Source: Utricularia gibba (lineage: Eukaryota; Plantae; Magnoliophyta). Taken from it: 64,000 bases of DNA. The translations under genes were made by a program, and so were the position numbers. The notes under the pieces were generated by a model that saw nothing but the letters and a program-made list of their open reading frames with translations, did not search any database and was not told the DNA's origin. Shown here piece after piece: positions 1-15,391 of the stretch (position 1 is the first letter of the stretch; every line of letters begins with the position of its first letter). Location of the stretch: NCBI GenBank assembly GCA_002189035.1, contig NEEC01000029.1:186001-250000 (forward strand). Direction: 5' to 3'.

Positions 1-1532
1 GTGAGACAGCAAAAAACGTGCCTGAGCAACTATCCTGGAGTTCGTTGTGTTTTTTTCCCTCCAAACCCACATCAGCATTGTGGATGCAAAGGTTATGGCA
101 AATACTAACACAGTTACCTGTCCATGATTTTTAAAAGCATGCAAGTTATATATACATATCAAATAGAGAAATTTTACAATGTATCCTTTTTACCAGAATC
201 ACACTTTTCTGTCGAGAACCTATATCAATTGGCCAACTTGTGCACAACCTCCCGCAATTATTGCTACACGAATCAGGTAAATCCATCATTTCCAACAAGG
301 GTTCCTGAGAGTTGTACTCGTCATCATCATAGTCATCATTTGACTGGTGGCAGACGTCTACCCTGTAAAGAAATGGAAAAGTTCCATGTACGGTGAAAGT
401 AGAAGTCAAAAACACAAGAAATTTAACAGACTATAATATCAAGGCAATACAATGTTCACATTGCATTGTATTATTTTGATTCCATGCACGTTTCACATGA
501 TAGTATGATAGTCAGGAAACAGTCACGCTGCATGTTCAAGAAGATACGGGCAACTTACCAGAATGACAAGAGTAGAAGATAAGCAGCAAAGAGCAGGATC
601 TTAGGGAATTCTGAAACGATTAAAGCAGCCAAAAAAAATATGGAGTAACCGAACATATCCTTCAAAAACTAAAAGCGCAAAAGTGTGCGTTCATACCCAT
701 TGCAAAAAATCCACACGAACATGACCAGCACACCCAACCCTTACAGGAAGCGACCACAGTCAACACAAAGTATAGGAAATACCCTGAAGTATATACAAAT
801 AAAAAAACTGGATCAGTACTACAGGAAAATCAACTTCATGCCCTAAAGTAATTCCAGAAAAAGTATCAAAAGATAATAATGCTCACCCAAGTTGGAGGTT
901 CCAACCAGAACATGGAAAACCTGAATTTATAGCATTACTCATCAAAATATAGTCGCAAATGATGGGAAAAAATGAATAGCATCTTACCTTTTGACGAGTC
1001 CATCCAAGCTGCACATTTCTTGAATGTATTCTTATCAACTAGAAAAAAAAAAGCAAAGAAAATTCCAGTCAGAACAAAAAGAAAAGAACTTTATAACAAT
1101 GCATAAAAAAAACACTACACGATACATATTTCGACTGCATCTTAGCGATAGAATGGCTTAAGGAAAAATCAATTTATAACAGAAACACAACCGAGTATTT
1201 TTGTTCAGAAAAAAAAAAAAACTCGCTCAGGTTCCTAATCACTTTCAATATTTGAAGGTAATCACTACATTTCCAAGAACTCTCATGCGCAAAATCAAAT
1301 GAAAGTCAACTAAAAGAAGTCCCTTCACCCCAAATCGTAATTACACGGCGACGTGATTAGAATCGGCTTAACCATTTCCCATTCATGCATTCAACGAGCG
1401 CTGGACAGCCAAAAAATCAATAAAAATAAAATCAAAGATGATAACCTGATAGAACGCAACAATGGAGACCACCCAACAAACAAACGCCAGCCCAACATTG
1501 ACCCCCACCACGGCTTCCCTCGTCTCCAACAT
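1..1532 (-). CDS. Tobamovirus multiplication 1 (TOM1)-like membrane protein, 5' part; gene continues beyond position 1
   Basis: Manual splicing from ATG 1532 (exons include 1446-1532 and 988-1038) gives MLETREAVVGVNVGLAFVCWVVSIVAFYQ|LIRIHSRNVQLGWTRQK|VFHVLVGTSNLG|YFLYFVLTVVASCKGWVCWSCSCGFFAM|EFPKILLFAAYLLLLSFW|VDVCHQSNDDYDDDE...GSRQKSVIL|VTVLVFAITF. The FPKILxxxxxLLLLSFWVDVCHQ motif matches TOM1-like proteins as I recall them. Confidence 0.8.
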
Positions 1533-2541
1533 TTACAAAAGACCCTTCCTGTACGGCTGCCCTAACCCCAAAAATCCCCCAAATGGAAGGCCAATACACG
1601 AGGCCAAACTTTGTGTGAAGCAGTTCAGATCCTTGGATAGAAAGGGGGAAGGCAGGCACGAAGTAGAATGCAGAAGAGGCAGAACCCCAAATGATGGAAT
1701 GTAAAGACCAAAATATCCCCGTACACAAACAAGGCAAAATATTCCAGCAGTAAAGCTAACGGAGGAGTGCAGCCCTATATACCATCCCCCTTAGGAACCA
1801 GACACGGAAGAACAGCCTCCGATGATAAACCGAAAGTATATCCACTCTCATCCCGTTGATTCCAATGCCCACTTCCCCCACCGACGCATCTAAAGATCTC
1901 CGTCACCTTCCACCCCCAATGACACCAATCCACCCACCCAAATCAGCGGGAATCATAGCCCATGTATGCATATACATAGGTATGCACGCGCGCGTTTGTG
2001 TAACGCACCGCCATCGCTTGACCAACTGACCGGCGTCGTCAATTTGGTCCTACGAATCCCTTCGCTGGATCCCCAACCTCGGTATTACTTACCTTTCCTC
2101 TTTTTTTATAATTTTTTTAAAAGTCCTTTTAAATTTAATATTTAAAATAAAATCCGAATAAATAAAAGGTTTATTATGTGGAATATAAATTTGCAGAAAA
2201 AGAATATTAAAAATAAACTTGGAAAATGCAACATAAGACAATAATTGTTCTAATCTGGTGTATTAAAAATCTGACCATCTTAAACAACGGAAAATGTTTA
2301 GAGTGTATTAAAATTAGAAATAAGATAAGAAAAATAGGTCATTCTTAATTATTCCAAACGTAATTTTTGTAATATAATTTCAAACTTATTTTTGAAAGAA
2401 ATATTTTTACAATTGATAGTGTTTTAGAATAAAATTATTTCTATTTTTTAAAAAATAAAAATAACTTACAAAATTTTCTAAAACATTGATTTAATACATA
2501 AAAGAAAATATGAGAATGGTCAGTTTTGTCAATAACCCGTT

Positions 2542-5170
2542 CTAGGCCTCATGATCCCAATTCCTAAGAGACTCAAAGCCATCACTGTGTGCAACTGATG
2601 GCCTCATTGCAACTTCTTCGCCATAGCTCATTGAGTTGGATGAGAGTATTGATCCTTCTCTTGATCTAGAAGCATCAACGTACTGTTGAACTATCAGCAC
2701 GGCGAAGGAGGACTCGAATTCGGACGTCACCAGAAGGTCTCCGATCGGCCCAAGCTCCGGGCAGTCGCACCAGTCGGCTAGCCCTGAGGTCAATGGCGAC
2801 TCCATGCCACTCCCTCGTCCCACCACATACAGATGGTAGTTCTCCTCGTCCATTGACTTTATGGCCTTGATGGCTTCTTCCTCATCATTCAGTACCAGCT
2901 CCGTGTAGCTCACTGACTGGTTCTCCATTGTTTCTGTCTTGAACCTGCTTAGATACTCCTCGTCGAGATGCTTGTCTGATTGATCCTCGACACCCAGGCT
3001 CACGTATCTCTGGTTGCTCTGGCTTGGTTCAATCACGGTGTCGAAGCTTGCAATGAACCGGACGACGGAGAGGTTTGTGTCTCCGTCTTTCACCATCCTC
3101 CGTGCGTAGGACAGTGCTTCTCGATCGTCCGGTCCTCCTAAGTAGAGCATGACGATGTTGCGGAAGCGATCCGGCTCGCCTGAGAAGCCTTTGTCGATCA
3201 GGATTCCGACAGAGCAAGGGGCGTTGTCAAGCACAGCTTCGTTGACGTTCCTGATGTCGGGATTGATGTCCTCCATCTCCCCGTCGTCTGTTTGCTGTTT
3301 GTGGAAGGGGATGATTATCAGGGCCGTCCGTTTCTCGCCGGCGACATTGCAGATGTCCGCGTCCATGGTCGAGTAGGAGCTCCGGGCGGTCATCACCAGC
3401 GTCCTCACGCCTTCAGACTTCAGCTCGAACTCATCCAGGGCTGTGATGATCTGCTCAGCTTCGGCATCCATATGGGTGGGGTTCCTCGGCCCTGCCTTAC
3501 GCGGGTCGTGGGTGATCATCATGCTCGTGGCCCGGCCAACAAGCTCCACGATTTGCAGAGCAAAGACGCTGATGGGGGATCTGATACTCGAATTCGATGT
3601 CCGGAGGAGATTGATGAGTGAAGGGACATTGCATGTGTCGTAGATGCAGGCAAGGATTCGAAGCTCCTCCTCCGGTTTAGCGTTCTGCACCGTCCGCCGC
3701 TTGTACGGCGTCATGTGCTGCATCGGCTGGAACCAATTCATCGCCGGAGTGACGACAGCTGTCATCACCAGAGCTGCAATGATCATCATCGTGTAGGTTT
3801 GTGTACTCAGCGACTGTGATTAAGGAAAAGTAACTGGTTAACATTTCCCAGTCTCATCAATGGCGTCAAAGAGAGGCTGGATGGCATACCCCTTGAACCT
3901 CTCCGGCTTCAAGAATGAAGAGCACCATTACACCCTTCACGCTGCTGAGCACTCCGACGAGGAGTGCTTCTTCAACAGAAAGATCATCACAGAAGAGGAC
4001 GACAGCAAGAGTGCTGACCAGCTTAACACCGCAGAAAATGAGTATAACAAAGACGGCCAAAAACCAGGATGACTGAGAACCTATGGCATCCATGTTGGTT
4101 CTTAGTCCACACACCACATAATACACTGGCATCAAGATTCCCACCACAAAATCTTCAAGTTTATCAACAATGGTAGCTTCAAGCATCTCATTTGGTATCA
4201 GTAAACCGAAGATCAACATCCCGATCATCGGATGGGTGCCGCACCAGTCAGTGATCACCCCACTTAAAAGTGCACATGATAGAACAGAGCACAGGTAGAA
4301 CTCGCTGTATCCCTGAGATTCTGGAGTTTTGCTGATGGCCCAGTTTAGAGCAGGCCTTACATAGTTGGTGCAGAGAAGTACAAAGGCAGCAGTACAGATT
4401 AATGACCAGTAGAAGCTCAATGGAGAGCTTGACACAGCATAAGCTAGAGTCAGTAGTCCCCAAGCACAGAATTCATTCACTGAGGCGGCTCCAACTGCTG
4501 TCTTCCCAATCTCTGTGTGAAGAATTTGCTGCACATCGAGCATTTTTTTCAACGTAGAGAAGCCGGTGACGCTAAGAGCAGCACCCCAGAAAATCCAGCC
4601 AGTTTTTTCAAATTCATCCATCTCAAATATGAAGTACATCCCAGTGGCTACTGAGAAAGGGACGGCGATTCCTGCAAGAGCAATCTTTATCGGTTTTTGT
4701 CCAGTTCTTGCGAGTCCTCTAGCGTCCATCTTCAATCCGATGAGGAAAGCGTACAGCGAGATGGCGAACTGCGCCATTGGCTCCAACACTTTGAACGAAT
4801 AAGTGGGGAATATCGTTTTCCTCAATGGAGTTATTCTTCCAACACAGAGGGGCCTAAGACTACACCCAACTGCACCATCAACAAACCAAGAAACGCATCA
4901 TAAATCAAATTGTACCTCACATTTCAAGCACTTTTTCTATCTTACCAGAACGTTTTTGACAAACTGGGGTTGGTTTAAGGATGTCAGAGCCCAGTTTCCG
5001 ACATGAATGGTGGTGATGGAGACTATGAGTTGGATGAAGAACAGAGAGATGAGTGGATTTAGTGGATCAGGGCCTTCCCATAGGCCATTAAACCTGTAAA
5101 TTGTTTCAGCATAGCAGAGAATGGTTTGGTTCAACCTGGAAATATCTGTTGTCGATGATAGAGTCTCCAT
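2542..5170 (-). CDS. CHX: Cation/H+ antiporter (CHX family, CHX15-like), 3 exons, one apparent 1-bp frameshift at 4839-4840
   Basis: ORFs 4937-5170, 3866-4825 and 2542-3789 carry CHX hallmarks: N-terminal LWEGPDPL, multiple TM helices, ELRILACI, ELVGR, IIIPFHKQ, PCSVGILIDKG, GGPDDREALSYA and CPELGPIGDLL. Restoring one G gives GPSVLGRITPLRKTIFP. Confidence 0.9.
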
Positions 5171-5760
5171 TTCTTCGTCGCTCCTCCGCGTCTTCCCCCG
5201 CCTTCCAGGGCCTTATCGCCACCCTGGTCTCTTGGAATGGAGAATCCTCATGGATGCACACATCATTGCATGGACAAGGATGAGAGCAAAACAGGGAGTT
5301 ATCTAATGGCTAACCTCTCTGTAAGGAGGAGAGCCTTTTTAGCTGTTTTTAACATTGAAACTTGGAAACCAGTATTTAATATAATATAAAAGGTATCAAA
5401 ATTAAAGTAACCAGTAAACTAATCTATGGAAACCAGTATTAAATTATAATAGTTTTTAATAATAACAAGGACACTATTTCAATAGTGAAAAAAAAAGGTC
5501 ATTTCCAATCTTGATTCATATTTCCCAAGTGGATCATCATGAATTCAAGTGGTCGAAAGTGAAATTAACAATAGAGATCTAGACGCTCAGATAGCATATA
5601 CGAGGAACAAGAGTGAATCCGAATTCATACTCCAAAGCAAGAAAAACCATTAATCCGAATTTCCATAGAAAACCAAGAAATCAATCCGAACTCTACGCAT
5701 CGTCTCAAAAATTTCATGCAGAAAAATGAACTGGCGAGAATTCTTCAATGTAGAAACAGG

Positions 5761-6751
<991 letters not shown>

Positions 6752-7327
6752 TCCCCGAGGTGCAACGCAGATCAGATTTCGCGACGGCGGGGAGAAAAGC
6801 GATCAACAAAGTTCCTTTAAAGCCCTAATTCATCACAGGCCAGACTCCTTCACAGCCCAACTGCAGCTATAATAATTTGAAAGCCCAGCCCACTTCAGCA
6901 GCGCAGCCCACCTAATGTTATTCACCAGGTAGATCTCATTCCTTATCTCCCATTGCAAAAATCGCATTCCGTACATTTAAAGTTTACAAAAAAATTAAAA
7001 AATAATTATTTATCATATATTTGGTAAAACTTTAATTACATTTATAAAAAATATTATTAAAATATCCTTAATAGATAATTAAAGAACAAATATTATTAAA
7101 ATAATAAAATAATATTACAATTTACTAATATGAGATTAATTAAATCCACCTAAATGAATTTGTATTAAATAAAAAATATTTAATCTTTAATATCAAATAT
7201 CACTATTTACCAAAATACCCTCCGCATCCTGTGCACACGCCAATGATAAAAACAAAAAATATATATATATGCAAGGATTGAGATGTGGAGCACGTCCAGG
7301 TGAGACAGAAGGAGGGACAAGACGGTC

Positions 7328-8033
7328 CACGTGTGATGGAACATGAAAGCAGGTGAGGCAAATGGTACTGCGGAACACTACGACAGTAACCAAATCCTCT
7401 GGTTTGGACACCAACCATGCATTCTTCCACCCATTTACAAATTGCCCTAAACCCAGAGAAAAAACACATGGGCAAGTGGTGAGTCTCTGCTTCATCTTCT
7501 CTCAGGTTGCACGTTCGTTCCAATCTGTATGAGGGCTCAGGGGGCATCATACGTTATCCGGACACACAGGACAGCGGTCGTAGTGTCAAATCAGAGCCGT
7601 TCCCTTCCCGAGGACACTCAGCGGCCCTGATTCAGTGTGTTTACAGACCAGACCAGACCAGACGGCTTTACTTTCACGTGGACGGCTCCATTTTTTACGC
7701 CTACTTGACGGCCAGCCCAAACATGCTTCACGTGGAACCTCACCCTAAACACAACTACCAGAACACTACGAGGTTTATCAAGAGAATTTCAATTTATTAT
7801 GTTGAAATTCAGGATTCGATGAGTGATTGAAGCATACACGTGAAGTCCAAATACACAAGAAATATGAATTACAATAGAAAAATTAAGGCTAACCGATTAT
7901 TTGTGATCTGTAGTTTCATATATACTTAATTATTTTATTGTTATTTTTTGATGTGTTATTATGTATTATAACATATTAGATACTTTTTACAATGTATGCG
8001 GTAGTAAGTAGATAAGTTGTAAGAAGACACGTG
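7328..8033. promoter_or_regulatory. Cluster of five G-boxes (CACGTG) upstream of GA2ox
   Basis: CACGTG at 7328, 7675, 7729, 7837 and 8028. Function is inferred. Confidence 0.45.
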
Positions 8034-9138
8034 GACTGAAAACGAGTGACGGAACTGTCTGACTTTGTTGACGGTGTGGTGCGTTTCGATATTTTGTTAA
8101 ATTATTACAAACGCAGTCAAGTCATCTCGTCTTCAATTATACTTCTTTCATCTACGTCATCCATCTCTTGTATCAAACTCAGCCTTTCTTCTTTCAGCCT
8201 CATCGATCCCTTTATCAGACTCGGCCTTTCTTCTTTCACCCACATCCATAACCTTCTTTGTTTCACTGATGTGTATTTCTTCATTGGGAAGCAAAGAGCC
8301 AAACCCTAGGGAACGAAAGACATCATCAGCTCATTACTATTAGAATAAACAATTTCATATAGAAAAATTATAGTGAAATATTTCAATATACAATAAGTTA
8401 CAAATTACTAATTATCTATTGTAATTAATTTTTATCAATTTGGACTTCAAGAGTCTTCATCGGACCCATTGGATTCTTAAATTCAATATTGGAAAATTTT
8501 CAATGTCAATATGTCTTGGGATGTACGTGACACCAAGGTTTTAAATTTCGATTTATCATAAAATAAAAAGCTTGTGAAATCTGAAATTTTTTGGAATTTG
8601 GTACATTGCACCACATGAGTGTAATATTTGTGTACACGTATCAATGAAGATGTAAAAAGTATCAAATTGGTTTGAAAGAAAAGCGTTGTTGAACTGAACT
8701 CATCTGTTAACATCATCTTTTTCCCACTTTATAAGAACTCATTTTGAATGAATATTCCCTTTAAAAATATCTTGACGCCTTTTTACTCTTAGCTCGTAAG
8801 TTTTGGTTCATTTCGTGGATTCCGTATGGTACGAGAATTCATCATTTTTTTTTATGCGAGATAATGAAATTATTTTTGTGTAATAATGGATAAATACGTC
8901 AAAATGGAATATTTTTTAGTTTATTTCTGCGTATTATTACAGTAAATGGAAAATATGATGAAAAGGACAGGTGGGTGTTGTCAGGGAGGGCCACCTCATC
9001 ACCCACTCACAATTGGGAATTAGTTACCGTATTTTTCCGCCTATTTATGGATGAAGAAGCTCTGCTGTTTCCTGTGAGCCCCAAAGCACAGACGCCAGTC
9101 CCTTTGCTTGTTCTGTTCTTCTTCTTTGGAAGCTGAAA

Positions 9139-10234
<1,096 letters not shown>

Positions 10235-13200
10235 ATGACACGCCAACTCCCTCCTCCAGTTTTTTTTTTTTTTTTTGTGCATTTAATATTTATTATATTC
10301 CCCGAGCATTTTTGAAAAATAAAATAACTTTAAATTAAAATATGCAGAAATAATACCGGAAATATCAAAATAACATGTTATTGAAATTCAAATAATTAAA
10401 TAAAAAAGCCTTTAAATTAGTAGTCAAAAACCATTCTTACATGTTCACCATCTCACATTCAATGTGAAAAATAATTTAACCCCACGGGAATTACCCGGTA
10501 GTAAAAAGTGAATTTTGGATAGAAGTGGGGTACCAAATGCGATTAAAATAAATTTGAACAGAGTCTGACGACTACGTGAGTATTGAATCGTCAGTCTTCT
10601 AGATTTCATGTACAACTGCATAGATTCGTACCTCTCTTTTTCCCTAAAAAAAAAATACATACTATAAATAATCCTAAGTTTCGGAATTGGAGGCTCAAAG
10701 TCAATTATCAAATGCATTTCGAAATTTCAAACCTCGGATTAGATAATCGAATAACAATCGTATCGATTTAAATTTTTGATCGATAACAGATTATGAATGG
10801 ATTTTCATAAAGGTAGAAATGACAGTTTTTTATTTAAATACGATATTTGAATATATATCAATTTTAATTACATTTAACTATCGAACCCATTATTGGGGTA
10901 TATTGGACAATTGAACATGAGAACCCGACCCCGTCCACGGTATAGCTCAAGGCCCATTAACTTAAATTGGGCCGTTAGCTGGCCCAAATAGTCTTTCTCA
11001 GTTCTCGTTGAAGTCGGACTAACACCTCTCTCTGTTCAGAGCAGCAAAGCGTACGGACGGCCATGCAGCCCCTGAATTTAAACAGTTTCAATCGGCATTG
11101 GGCGGCGGAGCATGAGTTCGACTATGGGTGGCCGTTTCGAGTCCACCCACTTCTACAAGTTGGCGATTTTCGCACAGATGAATGAATCAGATGATGGAAG
11201 TAGCATGTGTCCTTTAATGCTGGTGATACATTTCTGGTTGAGGAGGAGATGGAGGAGGAAGGATAAGGCTCCGGGTCTGGTGCGCCGCCCACCAAAAAAA
11301 GGAGAGGCGGTCAGCGGTCAGAAGTCAGCAGCTACGAGCTCCAAGTTGTGGCCGTAGAGAGGGGATCCATTCCATTTCAGCGACAACACGAGCAAAAGTC
11401 TTGGCCATAAACGTCGCACCTGCACGAAACTTTCACCCCAAGGCTTTCCAGACGCCAGCTTTCTTCCTGCGACGTCCCCCTCACTTGCAACTTGCTCACC
11501 GTTCTTATCCACTTTGCACGAAACTTCTCAGATATCTCCCTCATCTTCTCTGGTCGAGCCATCCGTACCAAATTCAGCCATAAAAATCTAGCTCACAACA
11601 ATTTCTCCCTCTTTCTTTTTTTTTTATATGTGTCTCTTTATGTAATGTGCATAGATGATACGATGTATGCATGGTAGAGGCTGCTGCGGGTGGCACCATC
11701 GGGATCAATAATTGTACCCTTGGGGCATTTAATGCGTTCACATCGCATGGTAAAAGATTCGCAGTTGTGTTCAAATGCCATCACGTGGCTCTCGAAACTT
11801 CTTTTTGGTTCCATTTTCGTGAAAAAAAAAAGGTATTTTTGTTCATAATTTATATCGAATATTTAACACTGAAATGTCACAAATGTTAAATACTCTCCGG
11901 GCCCCACATCACAACATTTTATCACTTTATTTTATTAATAAAAAAATACAGCTTCAGACCAGTCGCATAACAATGTTACTTACAATAAGTGCGCCCTAAT
12001 AATTTTACAGCAAGCGAACATGCTCCATAACCCTAATGCCACGTCATTTGTCTGGGGATTAAAGAATGTTTATGAATAGTCAAATCCAGAGAATTAGTGC
12101 ATGTGTCAACTTGGTAGGAAAAGTCAACGAATTACACCAAATGATGTTGACCCTGATTTTATTGTGAATGTGATTGGTCGCTTCCCTATTATTTGAATAT
12201 TTGAATGCTGATAATAGGGTATTAATATACTTAATTATAATATAACTGAGATTTTATATACTATACTATAAAACACTCCAAAAAATATATCACTAAATAA
12301 GTATAATTGACCATCCTTTCAATTTATGTATATAATTCATACATTCAAAAAATGAGTATATAAATGGTATATCCATAGAAGACACCTCTTTATCACGAGA
12401 GTTGAAGGCTTCATTGCCCGTTTCTTGGTCGGCAAGAGTTATTTCTAACGCTTTCGTGGTGAAATGGGAGACGGAAATGGCGGTCTCGGTCCAATTCAAG
12501 ACTTGTTCTAACTTGGACAACGATTCGTACTAAATTCACCTTAAAAAACCGGTGCTAATGGTCATCGTGATGAACACTAGCAAAACATGTACACCAGAAA
12601 GCTAAGATTGTAATGTGTGTGGAAGATGATGACCATTAGTGAGCAAGATAAGCAATAATTAGGCATGATGGGTACCTTTTCGTAGTTTAAATTGTCTATT
12701 TCTCAACAAGGAATGGTTATTGATGTTAACTGAATGACTTGTTAATAATTAAACTGAAACTATATATTGATTCTTTTGTCTTTATGTGATTTAATAAAAA
12801 TGCATTTTTTATTAGGTGAGGTGGGTTCTACTCTTCTGAGATCTTGCATTGTGTCATCTAACCTTGTAGCCTATCGCGCCTACATGGGTTGATCATGAGG
12901 ACAATCAACTTCCTCCCTCCAAAAACAAAGCATACTTTCATCACATGGCATGGCACTCGCCTCTGCTAACATGATGGCGGTTTTTTGAGCTTAATCTTGT
13001 CTTAATTCGACCGATTCTTTACGAGGTTAGGAACTGGGTCTCGTATTGGAACATTGAGGAAGCTGTAAGGGCGTGTAAGTTTGAGTTTCATGCGCATCTA
13101 TGGGGCTCATTCGACCGTCCAGATCTGTGCCGAAGGATCCCCGATCTCGACCCTGATTGGATTGAAAATGTGGAGACATCGAAGGTGGGCTGCCCAACTG

Positions 13201-14861
13201 CCAAAACCACCCTATATTTATAACAACCATCAACATTAAAAATGAGACAAAGAAAACGTAACCTCTTCTATTTTGTCGTGGAGGAGTGAGTACAGCCATC
13301 CTCACATGTCCTGATACAAACAAAGCACAGAACCCGGCAGAAATGCGTTTAAGGCCGCCCTCCGGATCTTAACCGCTTTCTTTGCATGTGATCCTGCTGC
13401 TCGAACACCCGACCGCTGTAATAACTCAAGGATTATATTTCTCGAAGCATCCATGAAATCCCATGTGGGGAACTTTTTCGAACTCCAGGAACGATGCCGC
13501 CTATACCACACCATAGCAGTTGCGTTTTAGGGTTTTTTTCACTTGTGTTGATTTAATTAACCTTTCCCTAATGTGGTTTTGAATCCAGTGATCTCGGCTT
13601 GGGAAAAAAAGGGGTTTGGCTGGACGCCGGAGATTCCAACTCTGGCACCGCGACACGGCTTGAGCCTGCCTCCCGACCAAGTTTAGGTGTTGCGAATAAT
13701 GTGTGTAGGGTAGGGTTTTTGTAGGGCTGTTGGTTTATTCTAAAATAATGCATGTGTTTATTTGTGATCTAAATAGGGTAACCATGTCTTGATAATTCTA
13801 TGGCGATCAATCTCATTCCAAACCCCGATTCTACGAATTTCTCGCTTCCGCTTCGATGTTTGGACGATGAATCAAGGGTTCTTCACCAAATTGAGAGATG
13901 TTGCAACTTGGGAGACAGTGTACACTTCAATCTGTGTCCCTTCACGTGACATTCACGTGAAGACCAATAGTGGCATGCATTTAAAGTTGCAACTTGCAAG
14001 GTAAGAATTGTCCCTTTTCGATGTTTTTTAATAGCACACAGTGATTGAATAGTTCGTAATATAAAAATACATAATGGGCCCCATTTTATTTTACTTCCCC
14101 TACGACTGAGATCGGAAATTAGTGTGATAAATTAGTAAAATAATTCGTTGTTTTATAAATTGTTTCTTTTCTTTTTTAATTCCGACATACAAGTATTGTT
14201 TAATCGTGTGTTTTTATGGACAGGATTTGTTAGATGTCGACAAACGTCAAGAGGGAGGGGCAGTGGGACCCGCGGCTGGAGGGGGTGACCGGGTATCTGG
14301 CCGCCAATGGGCTCCCCTCGGGACCCCCTGCGTCCCATCCGCCCATACCGTGGCCGGTTTCTGCCCACAAGTCACAACCCCCACCTCTTCGGGAAATGAT
14401 CCACGTACAATACACTCTAGCATACGTAATATTTTTTAAGAAAATAAAAAAGCAAAATTTCTAAAATATAAATCATTAATATTAGATGATAAGTGTTTAA
14501 ATAGAAATATTTTATCTAATTTTGTATTAAATCTTTTTCTCATAAGTAAATAACATAAAATAGTGAGAATTGATTATTCGAAACAGATATATCGTACAAA
14601 GTGAGAATGAATCGTGATATTTAATCATATAGCTTACGATAATATCTCATATTAAATAATCATATGAGGCTTCTTTAATTTTACATTAAACCTTTTTACT
14701 AAAACAAGACCATATCGTCTTGGGTGGTGACATTTGGTGATTCCAAACACCACTACATATCATATTCTTCTAGAGAATTGGATGCCCGAGGGAGGGGAGC
14801 TCGAATTTCCAGGCTTTGATTGTCATGAGTGTATATGCCATGTGGCAGAAGAATAGATCAC

Positions 14862-14869
14862 CACGTGGC
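14862..14869 (+). promoter_or_regulatory. ABRE (CACGTGGC) upstream of NCED
   Basis: Exact ABRE about 520 bp upstream of the NCED ATG, with a TATA-like CTATTTAAA near 15273. Confidence 0.35.
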
Positions 14870-15391
14870 GGCCGAGTGAAACGTAGGATGGACCTTCCCT
14901 CTCCCAATGAATCCCACGTCAGACACGATATTAAATTAAACCGATTTTATTTATTTTATTATTAGAATTATTATCCGACAATAGCATCAAGTTTGACCGC
15001 TTTGGTCCGCCTCCCGTAAATGGGTAATTTAATTATTATTTTTATTTTTTAACATGGATTTATTTATGATTTGATCATGATGGATTTCATGGCCATACAT
15101 GATCGGCCATGCATGGGTTATGGAAGGAATTCCCATTCCTTGCTCCGGATTTATTGTGAATTATTTTATTTTTACCCTTTTGTAGAAGAAAAATGTAAGT
15201 GGGAAATAATTTAGTTAAATAAATTGGTTTTTTTTTAGGTTTTGGAAATTGTATTGCAACCCCTTTCGAAGTCCTATTTAAAGACCCCTCCCAGCATCTT
15301 CTGTATCCCACAAATCACTCCCCTCTGTGGTGTACTTGTTACGTCCCTTTGCTTCAACACTTGAAATTCTGAAACCGCTGCCGCAACTATA

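Noticed and set aside
8100-8330. Charged short ORFs with an internal 19-bp near-repeat; possible transposon remnant
   Set aside because: No recognisable domain, terminal repeats or target-site duplication.
12293-12520. 75-aa minus-strand ORF
   Set aside because: Non-ATG start, runs into AT-rich sequence, no recognisable homology.
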